From positions 448,001-512,000 of the forward strand of contig CAXXVZ010000003.1 of the NCBI GenBank assembly GCA_963678065.2: a DNA stretch of 64,000 bases. Reading direction: 5' to 3'. Positions 52,617 to 61,189 of this stretch are shown here, in pieces. This stretch comes from Treponemataceae bacterium (GTDB lineage: Bacteria; Spirochaetota; Spirochaetia; Treponematales; Rectinemataceae). The position numbers were made by a program, and so were the translations under genes. The first letter of the stretch is position 1. Each line of letters starts with the position of its first letter. The notes below the pieces were generated by a model that saw only the letters and a program-made list of their open reading frames with translations, was not told the origin of the DNA and ran no database searches.

Positions 52617-52642
52617 GGCCGTCCTTCGGGGCGGCCTTTTTT
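52617..52642 (+). terminator. Intrinsic terminator after gpmI
   Basis: GGCCGTCC-TTCG-GGGCGGCC-TTTTTT. Confidence 0.9.
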
Positions 52643-52701
52643 CTCTGGCGCGTCAGAACAGAGTTTGCGCAGCTGCGGGAGCATCGGGCAAGGAGAGCGG
52701 C

Positions 52702-53259
52702 ATGGTGGAGATCGAACTGAAAGCGTGGATCGACGACACTGGGGCCTTGGAAGAGCGACTGGCGTCGATTGGCGACTACCTCGGCCGAAGCGAAAAACGA
52801 GATGGCTACTGGAGCCTTCCGGGGATAAGCGCAGAGGAGCTGCAGAATCAGCAGCGAAAATTCCGCCTTCGGGAAGAGAGCGGGGTCCACACGGTAACCT
52901 ACAAAGACAAGACGCTATCCGGGGCTGTGGAAGTCAATCTGGAAAAGGAATTCCAGGTGTCTTCGCCTGAGTCCTTTATAGAACTCATGGAAAGGGTCGG
53001 CTGCGTCGCCCTTTCCCGGAAACACAAGATCTCGGAAAAGTACCGCGTGGGATCATGCCTTGTCGAGTCGGTGAAGATAGAGGGGCTCGGTGATTTCGTA
53101 GAAATAGAGATCCTCGCGGAGAACGACAGTCCGGAAACAGTGAAGGATGCCAAAAGCGAGCTGTTTTCGGTGCTGGACAGGTGTGGAATCGCCCGTGAGG
53201 CCGTCGAGTCTCGCTTTTACTCGGATATGCTCGCCGATTCCTGTGCCGGCTGCCTCTGA
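52702..53259 (+). CDS. cyaB: CYTH-domain protein (class IV adenylate cyclase/triphosphate tunnel enzyme)
   Basis: N-terminal EIELK (ExExK), FRLR, TYK, GLGDFVEIE, C-terminal Y; AGGAG RBS. Confidence 0.85.
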   Translation: MVEIELKAWIDDTGALEERLASIGDYLGRSEKRDGYWSLPGISAEELQNQQRKFRLREESGVHTVTYKDKTLSGAVEVNLEKEFQVSSPESFIELMERVGCVALSRKHKISEKYRVGSCLVESVKIEGLGDFVEIEILAENDSPETVKDAKSELFSVLDRCGIAREAVESRFYSDMLADSCAGCL

Positions 53260-56200
53260 CGTTTGCGCTCGAAAAAATAGAAAGCCGCGGGCACGACGAA
53301 GAAGGTGAGTATCGCGGAAAAAACTATGCCCCCGAACATCACGATACCCATGCGTTGGCCAAACTCGGCGCCCTGTCCGGCCGAGAAAATGAGGGGGAAG
53401 CTGATTACAAGGGTGGTGATGGTTGTCATGATGATGGGCCTGAACCTGAGCTTCGCGGCTTCGGTCAGGGCGTCCTCCAGCGGCATTGTGCCCATGCGCT
53501 CGACAACGAAATCGAGATAGAGGATCGCGTTTTTGGATGAGAGTCCTATCAGCATGAGCATGCCCATAAGCCCGAAAATATCGATTCCTCCTCCGACAAG
53601 CCAGACGATGAGAAGGGCCCCGATCAGAGCGAGAGGCACGGGCAGAAGCAGGTATATCGGGTAGCGCCAGGAATTAAACTGCCCCGCCATCACGAGATAG
53701 GCGAGGAAAAGTGCAAGCAGGAATAGTTGGGGACTCGTCGTCACAAGCTCCGTAGCGAGAGCGGCGGAGCTTGTCCTTGAGTTGACCGAGATTGAAAGAC
53801 CGTTGTCCAGAAGCCCCCGTGAGGTCAGGTCGGCGGTGATCGCCTTCTGCATTTCGAGGGCGGTCGGGGCGCCTGGCTTGAGGTTGATCGTGAGGGTGCC
53901 CGTGTACTGTCGGTTGTACCTGGACAGAGATACAGGGGTCTGAGTGAGGACGAAGCGACCGAGCTGTCCGATCTGGAGACTTGTCTGGAGGGCGCTCGAA
54001 TAGATGGGAAGATCAAGGAGGGTCTGTCCTCCCGCGAGCGTGGCCGGGTCGAGCTTGACCATGATCGGGTAGGCGAGTCCCCCGATGACGACGTTGGACG
54101 CCTGGGCTCCCGAAGTGTATGTCTGCAGTGTCGTGGCTATCGTCTGCGGGGTCAGGCCTGTCCCTTTGAGTTTCGCAGGGTCAGGAATGAAATCGTTCTC
54201 AAGATTTGTGTCGGAGAGGCTCGACGTGACATCCGTCACATAGGGGTTTTCCTGGATCGCACCAACGATTGCCGCATTGCGCTTCACGAGAAGGCTGAAA
54301 TCCGCAGAAACCATGCCGAGCTGGAGGGATGACCCCCCGAAGCCCCCCTGTCCTCCTCCTGCACTCACAGAGACACGCGCCGAAGGGATGTCTTTCAGGA
54401 GGGGCTGAAGGGCCTTGCGGTAGGATTGGGTCAAGACAAAGACACTCGGCCTTGAGCCTACAGGCACAAGCTCGACATCCGCCGAGGCACCTCCTCCTAC
54501 GGTTATCTGGATGATCGCTGGTTCGGGTTGCGCCATGAGGAATGCCTCAACCTTGGCTGAGGCCGCGAGGGCGACCGACTGCGGCGTTCCGGGCGGAAAC
54601 CTGACATTGACACTGAGGGTCCCGTTGTCGGACTGTGGAACGAAATTGAAAGGTATCTTGGGGACAAGGATGAAAGCGACCACGCCAAGGAAGACCACAG
54701 AGGCCAGAATAACGACAAGGCTCCACCTCAGGACAGGCCTGAGCGAACGGGCGTAGAGGTCGCGGACCATGCCCACGGCAAATTCCGTCCCATCATGTAG
54801 GGTTCCAGAAATGGATTCGAAGAGGCTAAGCCCCATGAATACAAGGTAATTCAGGAGACCAAGGAAGAGCGGCCAGACGAGAAGGGCTGGCAGGTAGATG
54901 TATTTTTTGAAGTATACTAGCCCGCCGGTCACGGCGAGAATGGCGAAGACAGAAGGCGCTTTTGTCGTCGATGTAAGGCCCCAGCGAAAAGCGTCGGGAT
55001 ATCGTACGAAGCTGCCGAAGAAATCCCTCCAACCGAGTTGGGCTCTGTCCTTCGTATACGCGAGGCGCACAGTGAGGAAAAGAACGGCTTCAAACAGAGA
55101 AAACAGAACTGCAGCTGCAAGTCCGAGGGAGAATTGCTGAAGATAACGTCCGACATAGCCGCCCATGAAGCTCACGGGAAGGAGTACAGCCAGCAGTGAG
55201 AGCGTGGACGCTACGACGGCGCTGAACACTTCGCTCGCGCCTTTGAGCACAGCGTCTTTCATGGGAAAACCCATCACCCTGTAGCGCTCCACGTTTTCGG
55301 CGACGACAATGGAATCGTCGACCACTATCCCGATCGCGATGACCATCGCGAGGAGTGAGACGAGATTGAAGGAGAAGCCAGCGAGATTGTACAGAATAGG
55401 TGAGGCCGACAGCGCGATGGGAATCGCTAGAATGACCGAAAAGGCCGTACCAGGCTTCCCGAGGAAGAGGAGGACAATGATGGCGACGACGACCAGCGAC
55501 AGCACGAGCTCGTGGTATGTGTTGGCGATGGAGGCCCGGATCGGTCCGGTCGTGTCGATGCCGAAATCGAGGGAATAGCCAGCGGGGAGAACTGAAGACT
55601 TCAGCGTCTTCCGCACGCCGTCCACCACGGCGACGGAGTTGGAATCGCTCGTCCTCTGCACCGAGACAAGAACGACCGGCATCCCGTTCAGGCGGGCGTA
55701 GTTAGAGTCCACGGAGGCATCACGCACCGTTCCGAGCTCTGCCACGGAAATCCCTCTGACAGGATCGACGAGGACGCGGCCGATCTGCTCCAGGCTTCCG
55801 GGAACGTTCTGGGTCGCGAAGGTGAGAGAGTTGTTCTGCGTTATGATCGAGCCGATGGGCTGGTTCACCGCTGAAGCCGTGATCGCGCTGACGACCTGTG
55901 TCGGTGTGAGCGAGTAGAACCTCAGCCTGTTCGGGGCGAGCAGCACCTGGAACTGCCGGGACGCCGCGCCGTCGACCGTGATATTGGCCACGCCCGCGAC
56001 ATGCTCGAGCGAGGGGGCGAGGCTGTCCTGCACATAGGCGGCCACATCGGTCAGGCTCGCGCCACCGCCGGAAACGCCGAACTGGATGATGGGCTGCGAA
56101 TTGGGGTCGAAGGTGCGCACGACGGGAGAGTTCACTCCGGAGGGCAATCTGCGGATTGTCGCATTCACCAGGGCCGCCACCTGGTTCACCATCGCATTCT

Positions 56201-56546
56201 TGTCCGCTCCCGCCGCGAAGGAGACGGTGACCCTGCTCGATCCGACCGAACTCGTCGAGTTCATGTCGGTGATGCCGCTCAGGGCGGAGACCGCGTTTTC
56301 GATCACCTGCGTGACCTGCTGGTCCACGACTCCGGGGCTGGCTCCCGAATAGGATGTGCTGATGTTGACCGAGGGGATGTTGACCGCGGGCAGAAGGTCG
56401 ACGCCGAGCCCGAACATGCTGACGATGCCGAAAGTCACGATCGCGACGAAGATGCCGATCGAGAGGACATAGCGCGTGACCGAGAATTTGACCGCTGGGT
56501 TGACCCTGTTGAACAGCTGGGCCTCATAGTCTTTTGTGCTGTTCAC
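53217..56546 (-). CDS. RND efflux transporter permease (AcrB/AcrD/AcrF family)
   Basis: LGVDLLPAV, AIGIVVDDSIVVAENV, SKNAIL, RFRPIIMT, TFFVVPA. Confidence 0.95.
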   Translation of the reverse strand: MNSTKDYEAQLFNRVNPAVKFSVTRYVLSIGIFVAIVTFGIVSMFGLGVDLLPAVNIPSVNISTSYSGASPGVVDQQVTQVIENAVSALSGITDMNSTSSVGSSRVTVSFAAGADKNAMVNQVAALVNATIRRLPSGVNSPVVRTFDPNSQPIIQFGVSGGGASLTDVAAYVQDSLAPSLEHVAGVANITVDGAASRQFQVLLAPNRLRFYSLTPTQVVSAITASAVNQPIGSIITQNNSLTFATQNVPGSLEQIGRVLVDPVRGISVAELGTVRDASVDSNYARLNGMPVVLVSVQRTSDSNSVAVVDGVRKTLKSSVLPAGYSLDFGIDTTGPIRASIANTYHELVLSLVVVAIIVLLFLGKPGTAFSVILAIPIALSASPILYNLAGFSFNLVSLLAMVIAIGIVVDDSIVVAENVERYRVMGFPMKDAVLKGASEVFSAVVASTLSLLAVLLPVSFMGGYVGRYLQQFSLGLAAAVLFSLFEAVLFLTVRLAYTKDRAQLGWRDFFGSFVRYPDAFRWGLTSTTKAPSVFAILAVTGGLVYFKKYIYLPALLVWPLFLGLLNYLVFMGLSLFESISGTLHDGTEFAVGMVRDLYARSLRPVLRWSLVVILASVVFLGVVAFILVPKIPFNFVPQSDNGTLSVNVRFPPGTPQSVALAASAKVEAFLMAQPEPAIIQITVGGGASADVELVPVGSRPSVFVLTQSYRKALQPLLKDIPSARVSVSAGGGQGGFGGSSLQLGMVSADFSLLVKRNAAIVGAIQENPYVTDVTSSLSDTNLENDFIPDPAKLKGTGLTPQTIATTLQTYTSGAQASNVVIGGLAYPIMVKLDPATLAGGQTLLDLPIYSSALQTSLQIGQLGRFVLTQTPVSLSRYNRQYTGTLTINLKPGAPTALEMQKAITADLTSRGLLDNGLSISVNSRTSSAALATELVTTSPQLFLLALFLAYLVMAGQFNSWRYPIYLLLPVPLALIGALLIVWLVGGGIDIFGLMGMLMLIGLSSKNAILYLDFVVERMGTMPLEDALTEAAKLRFRPIIMTTITTLVISFPLIFSAGQGAEFGQRMGIVMFGGIVFSAILTFFVVPAAFYFFERKRQRQPAQESASISE

Positions 56547-58003
56547 GGTTTCCCCGTCGTTCCGCCTGACCTGGCCGCGTTTGTGGTTCCTGTCGATCCG
56601 TTAGTCCCCGGCGCCCCCTTCGATCCCTTCCATCCTGCCTTGCCCGAACTATTCGGGGTGCTTGGGGTGCCGGAAGCGTCTTTCCGTCCGCCCGCTTCGG
56701 TTGAAGCTCCCGCGGCCTTCGGCTGTGCCATGATAGGCTGAACTGTCGATCCTTGGATGAGTCCCGGCGGAGGACTGATGATCGCTATCGTCCCGGCATC
56801 GAGGCCGCTCACAGCCGCGAAAGCTCCGGACTCGGCGATGATGGAAACGAATTTCTGGACGGCCACGCCGTTTTCCACCGTGTACACGTAATTGCGGTTC
56901 TCGACCGTGCCGAGCGCCATGACGGGCACGAGACTCCCCGTGGCCAAAACGACAGTGTACTTTATGTTTCCGACCGATCCGAAGGGAAGATCGAAGGGAG
57001 CACTGGGTGAGGCGACCATGGGAACAGTGCCGTTCACCGGGGCTGATGGCGCCTGCTTGATTCGCAGGGAATAGTTTGTGCCGCTGTATTCGAAACCGAT
57101 CGTCTTCCCCGCAGAAAGCGCAGGGGCGTCCGCGGGTGAAACGCCGAAACTTATCAGCCTCTGTGCGCTCACAAGGGTGAAAGCGGCCGTGTTCTGCCCG
57201 ACATACATACCCGGCGAGACCGCGATTGCGGAAATCTGCCCCGCGAAGGGTGCCCGTATCGCCGCATTCCTGAAGTTGAGCTGGGCCTGACGAAGATTGT
57301 TCTGCGCCGTGACCACGGCGACCTTGAGCGCATCGACGTTCTGGCTCGGAGTCGTGGCGAACCCGCGCTTGTTCTGCTCGAGGTTTGTCTTCGCGGTCTC
57401 CAGGGCGACCTGAGCGGTCGTCAACTGATTCCCCGCCTGATCGAGTGTGTAGGCCGAGATCCCGCCGAGATCGTAGAGCGCCTTCTGCGAATCGTAATAT
57501 CGTTGAGCAGAGTCGAGACTCGCCTGCGATGACTTTACCTGAAGCTCGAATCTCGTGTTGTTCTGCCCTGTGCTCTCCTGGACTGCCGCGAGATTGATTT
57601 TCGCCGTGTCGAGGGCTGCTTGGGCGTTGGACTGTGCGATGCCGAGCTGTGTATCGTCGAGCTGAACGACGATGTCGCCAGCGCCTACCCAGTCCCCGAC
57701 CTGTTTGCTGACCTTCGAGGCGATGCCGGCTACGAGTGCCGCAACCTGACTCTGGGTTGCAGGCACTACAATCGCGGCCGTGTTGCGCTCGGCGGTGAGC
57801 ATTCCAGCCTGAATAGTCGTCGCCTGGACAGGGATCACTGCCTGGCGGCCGCCCGACGGCACGCCCGTCCCTTGCCCCTTGGTACTCTCCTGTCCCTGTT
57901 TAGGAGTTGCGCCGTTTCCCGGGGTCGCCGTCTTTGTACAGCCCGCGAGAGCGATGGCCACGACGAAACCGACGACAGAAAGAGTTTTGTATTGCATGCG
58001 CAT
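56543..58003 (-). CDS. RND periplasmic adaptor (membrane fusion protein), lipoprotein
   Basis: Lipobox LAGC, lipoyl half-motifs, long coiled coil, IRAPFAG; start behind GGAG. Confidence 0.9.
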   Translation of the reverse strand: MRMQYKTLSVVGFVVAIALAGCTKTATPGNGATPKQGQESTKGQGTGVPSGGRQAVIPVQATTIQAGMLTAERNTAAIVVPATQSQVAALVAGIASKVSKQVGDWVGAGDIVVQLDDTQLGIAQSNAQAALDTAKINLAAVQESTGQNNTRFELQVKSSQASLDSAQRYYDSQKALYDLGGISAYTLDQAGNQLTTAQVALETAKTNLEQNKRGFATTPSQNVDALKVAVVTAQNNLRQAQLNFRNAAIRAPFAGQISAIAVSPGMYVGQNTAAFTLVSAQRLISFGVSPADAPALSAGKTIGFEYSGTNYSLRIKQAPSAPVNGTVPMVASPSAPFDLPFGSVGNIKYTVVLATGSLVPVMALGTVENRNYVYTVENGVAVQKFVSIIAESGAFAAVSGLDAGTIAIISPPPGLIQGSTVQPIMAQPKAAGASTEAGGRKDASGTPSTPNSSGKAGWKGSKGAPGTNGSTGTTNAARSGGTTGKP

Positions 58004-58013
58004 ACGTATTCTC

Positions 58014-59504
58014 CTACAGACCCATAGAGGCTTCAAGGGCGAGAACGGCCAGAAGATAGCTGCTCTTCGCCGTTGCGAAGGAGGCTTCGGCGTTGGCCGC
58101 GTCTACCGAGGCCGAAAGCAGATCCTGCAGCGAAGCTGTCCCGAAAGAATTCTGCGCCTTCACGATGGCGAGCTTTGTCGAGTACAGATCCGCACTCTGT
58201 CGGGCCAGATCGACTTTTTCGGATTGGATCGAGGCCATCCAGAAGGCATCGCGGATATCCGCGGCGATGCTCTTCGCCAGTTGCCTCTTCTGTGTGTCGT
58301 AAACTCCCATGAGGGCGAGGTTCGAATCGACGAGCGCGTTCGTGGCTCCGGCGTCGAGGAGGGGAAGTCCTACCTTGAGCCCCAGATTCGCCGACCCGGC
58401 ATTCGTCGCCGGCTGTGACCAGATCACCGCCAGGTTCAATCCGCCCGTCACGCTCACATTGGCGTTCGCCTGCCCCTTGGCGAGATCGAGGTCGATGGCT
58501 GTGGATTTTTTATTGAGTTCGGCCAGGCCCAACTCGGACCGCTTGTCCAGTCCGACGGCGATGGCTTCCTCGAGCGTAGTCGCAGGAAGGCCGGGGGCCG
58601 GGGTTTCGGCTACGGAGAAGTCGGAAACGGAATCCATGCCCGCGAGATTGGCGAGTCTCTGTCGGGCAAGGCTCAGGTCATGCTTCGCGGTTTCGACATC
58701 CAGCGACGCGGTTTTCGCATTGATGACGGCGTTCTGGAGGTCGACCGAACTGGCCTGCCGCAAATCGAATATCGCGGTGACCTGTTTCTGCAGCGCGTTC
58801 TGCTTATCGAGGATTCCGAGGCGGGTGGTCAGCGTCCTTTGCGCGGAGAGCATCGTGATATATGCCTTCTTTACGTTGAGCACGATAAGGGATCTGCTCT
58901 GTGCCGTGGAGATTTCCTTGCTCCGGAGCGCGATGATGCTTTTTTCCACCGCGGCCCGCGTCTGGCCACCCGGATAGCCATCCCAAATTGACTGGCTTGC
59001 CGAAATGCCGATGACGGTGTTCGCGGACGACGAGGATGAAGCGGGGAAATTCTGTGTCAGAGTGAGTCCGATTTTCGTGTTGGGATTACTCGCCGACTGC
59101 GTCCCCTGCACGAGGGAAAGACTGCCCTGGATGCTCTGCGCGATTCCCTGATATGCGCCGCCGAGCAGTGAGCGCACGCTCGAAGAGCTAAGCTCACTGC
59201 CGATCCCGTCAGTCAGGCCGTAGCTGCCCGCGGCCGAGAGGGAAAGTGCATCCTTGCTCGCTGCAAGCCGGTACTGGGCGCGGGCAGCCGCGAGATTGCC
59301 CTCCACGATCCGGAGTTCGTCTCCGTTTTTGACCGCTGCGTCGATAAAATCCTGGAGCGTCATCGTGACGGGAATAGGGGGAGTGCCGGTCGGCGCGGTC
59401 GACGAGTCCTGCGCGTCGGCTGCCTGTCCGGGAAGCAGCGCCAGAGTCGCAGCCAATACCGCGGCCAGGCGGAATCGTTTCCGATCGACCATTGTTGCGT
59501 TCAT
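58014..59504 (-). CDS. TolC-family outer-membrane efflux protein
   Basis: Signal peptide; two helical repeats (VKKAY, DIRDAF, GTASLQDLL); first gene of the RND operon. Confidence 0.88.
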   Translation of the reverse strand: MNATMVDRKRFRLAAVLAATLALLPGQAADAQDSSTAPTGTPPIPVTMTLQDFIDAAVKNGDELRIVEGNLAAARAQYRLAASKDALSLSAAGSYGLTDGIGSELSSSSVRSLLGGAYQGIAQSIQGSLSLVQGTQSASNPNTKIGLTLTQNFPASSSSSANTVIGISASQSIWDGYPGGQTRAAVEKSIIALRSKEISTAQSRSLIVLNVKKAYITMLSAQRTLTTRLGILDKQNALQKQVTAIFDLRQASSVDLQNAVINAKTASLDVETAKHDLSLARQRLANLAGMDSVSDFSVAETPAPGLPATTLEEAIAVGLDKRSELGLAELNKKSTAIDLDLAKGQANANVSVTGGLNLAVIWSQPATNAGSANLGLKVGLPLLDAGATNALVDSNLALMGVYDTQKRQLAKSIAADIRDAFWMASIQSEKVDLARQSADLYSTKLAIVKAQNSFGTASLQDLLSASVDAANAEASFATAKSSYLLAVLALEASMGL

Positions 59505-59929
59505 CAAGGTGCCTGCCTTTCAGCCGATTTCAGGCCCCGACCTGTTCCGGAACCGTCTTCATGGATCGTCGATACGTCCACGAAGACGGCGGATGCGGAC
59601 TCCCGCGCTTTGTTGCACAAGGCTGCGGGGCCAGCGGAGAAAATATGCTTATCCTGTATACCATCGATGTGTAGACACAGCAACAGCCAGCCGGAGTTTA
59701 TCGCCCTCAGTTTCATTAAAGAAAATAACAGGTTGTACGGCTCGCCTTTATTCGGTAAATCGGATATAAGAATTTCGGCGACAAACAGCCGCAGGCCAGC
59801 TGAACGTTCCGAAGAAAAATGGAGGACTGAAGGATTGACGGATTGTAGGCATTGGCCACACCCAGTATCTGGCAACAAATCGGTGGTTCCGAGCCGTTTT
59901 TCTGCAGGCGCTAATCAGGTAATTGTTTA

Positions 59930-60003
59930 TGGGCGCTGAGGGATTTGAACCCCCGACCTACTGGGTGTAAACCAGCCGCTCTGACCAGCTGAGCCAAGCG
60001 CCC
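59930..60003 (-). tRNA. tRNA-Val(TAC)
   Basis: Minus strand GGGCGCT...AGCGCCCA; anticodon arm GCTGG-TTTACAC-CCAGT; GGTTCAAATCC. Confidence 0.97.
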
Positions 60004-60015
60004 GGAACGTCACAG

Positions 60016-60045
60016 ACCTTAGCATGCTGTTGTGACGGGGGTCAA
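60016..60045 (-). promoter_or_regulatory. Putative tRNA-Val promoter
   Basis: TTGACC-18 nt-TAAGGT ending 12 nt before the tRNA 5' end. Confidence 0.7.
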
Positions 60046-60068
60046 TATCCGCTTTCCCATCGACAATC

Positions 60069-61055
60069 ATGCCTATACCGCAAGCCGCATCCGGCAAACT
60101 CCGCCTTACAGGCATCGGCAATCCTCTCATCGACCTCGTCATCCGCTGCGATCAGGCTTTCCTCCGCTCCCTGGGTTTTTCCCCGGGATCAGTCAACCAC
60201 ATACCGCGAAAGGATATGGAGTCCGTTCTGGGAAGACTTCCTCCGCACGACAGAATCGCCGGGGGAGGGGCAGCCAACACCTGCCGGATTGCTTCCATGC
60301 TGGGAGCCGACTGTGCCTTCGCCGGCTGTGTCGGCGAAGATGAGCTGGCAGGATGGTATGAATCGCAGCTTGCGAGAGATGGTGTGCTGACGACTCTGTC
60401 GAGCGTGCGCGGAGAAGGGACCGGTATTTTCTGCACCTTCATTCACTCGGAAGAGGAGCGAACTCTCGTCGTCGCTCCCGGAGCCGCGCTGCGTCTTGAA
60501 GTCTCAGGCCTTGACTCCCGCTTGTTTCGGCAGGGCGGAATTCTCCTCGCGGAAGGTTTCCTGGCGCGGGATCCGGAATTATTGACTGCCATACTCAGAA
60601 AGGGCGCTGCGGCAGGGATGCGCTGCGCGCTCGACCTCGGTTCGCCCGAGCTTGCGAGAACTCGGAAAAAGGAGTTTTTCGGGATTGTGGATTCGCTCTG
60701 CGATATCGTATTTGCCAATGAAGCGGAATTCGGCGCCTTTACGGGAGCTGCGGAATTGCGGGAAGCCGCGAGGCTCCTGCCTGCCTCCACGCTGTTCGTC
60801 GTCAAGAAAGGCGCCCGCGGGGCAGCATGTCTGCAGAACGGACGGATCACCGACAGCCCCGCCTTTGCCCGCGCGGCCTTGGACGAGACCGGCGCAGGCG
60901 ACGCTTTCGCAGCCGGCTTCCTCTGTGCCATGGCGGCCGGAATGGACACAGCTGAATGCCTGCGAAGGGCCAATGGCCTGGCCGGGCAGACAGTCCTCGT
61001 GCATGGGGCGGGGCTTTCGCGGAAGCAGGCGGAAGAGGCGTTCTCCCGCTCGTAG
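60069..61055 (+). CDS. PfkB-family carbohydrate/nucleoside kinase (adenosine kinase-like)
   Basis: GIGNPLID, AGGGAANT, FANEAE, KKGARG, DETGAGDAFAAGF. Confidence 0.92.
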   Translation: MPIPQAASGKLRLTGIGNPLIDLVIRCDQAFLRSLGFSPGSVNHIPRKDMESVLGRLPPHDRIAGGGAANTCRIASMLGADCAFAGCVGEDELAGWYESQLARDGVLTTLSSVRGEGTGIFCTFIHSEEERTLVVAPGAALRLEVSGLDSRLFRQGGILLAEGFLARDPELLTAILRKGAAAGMRCALDLGSPELARTRKKEFFGIVDSLCDIVFANEAEFGAFTGAAELREAARLLPASTLFVVKKGARGAACLQNGRITDSPAFARAALDETGAGDAFAAGFLCAMAAGMDTAECLRRANGLAGQTVLVHGAGLSRKQAEEAFSRS

Positions 61056-61189
61056 CATAGAGGTCGGCATTGTCTCACAATTCGCCATAACGGTGGAAAC
61101 GTGGCCCATTGTCGCAAAAAACCTCGTCAAATCTTGCCAAAAGGCTCATGAAACCATAAATTCAAAGCCATAAATACAAGGAGACCAGA

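Noticed and set aside
53217..59930. Efflux operon as a genomic island integrated at tRNA-Val
   Set aside because: No integrase and no duplicated tRNA 3' end found at the far boundary
59858..59968. 10-nt perfect complement between the tRNA-Val anticodon arm and its downstream trailer
   Set aside because: Short enough to be chance, with no other support
61056..61189. CIRCE operator before lon, or an SOS box before uvrA/recN
   Set aside because: No TTAGCACTC-N9-GAGTGCTAA and no recognisable LexA palindrome seen
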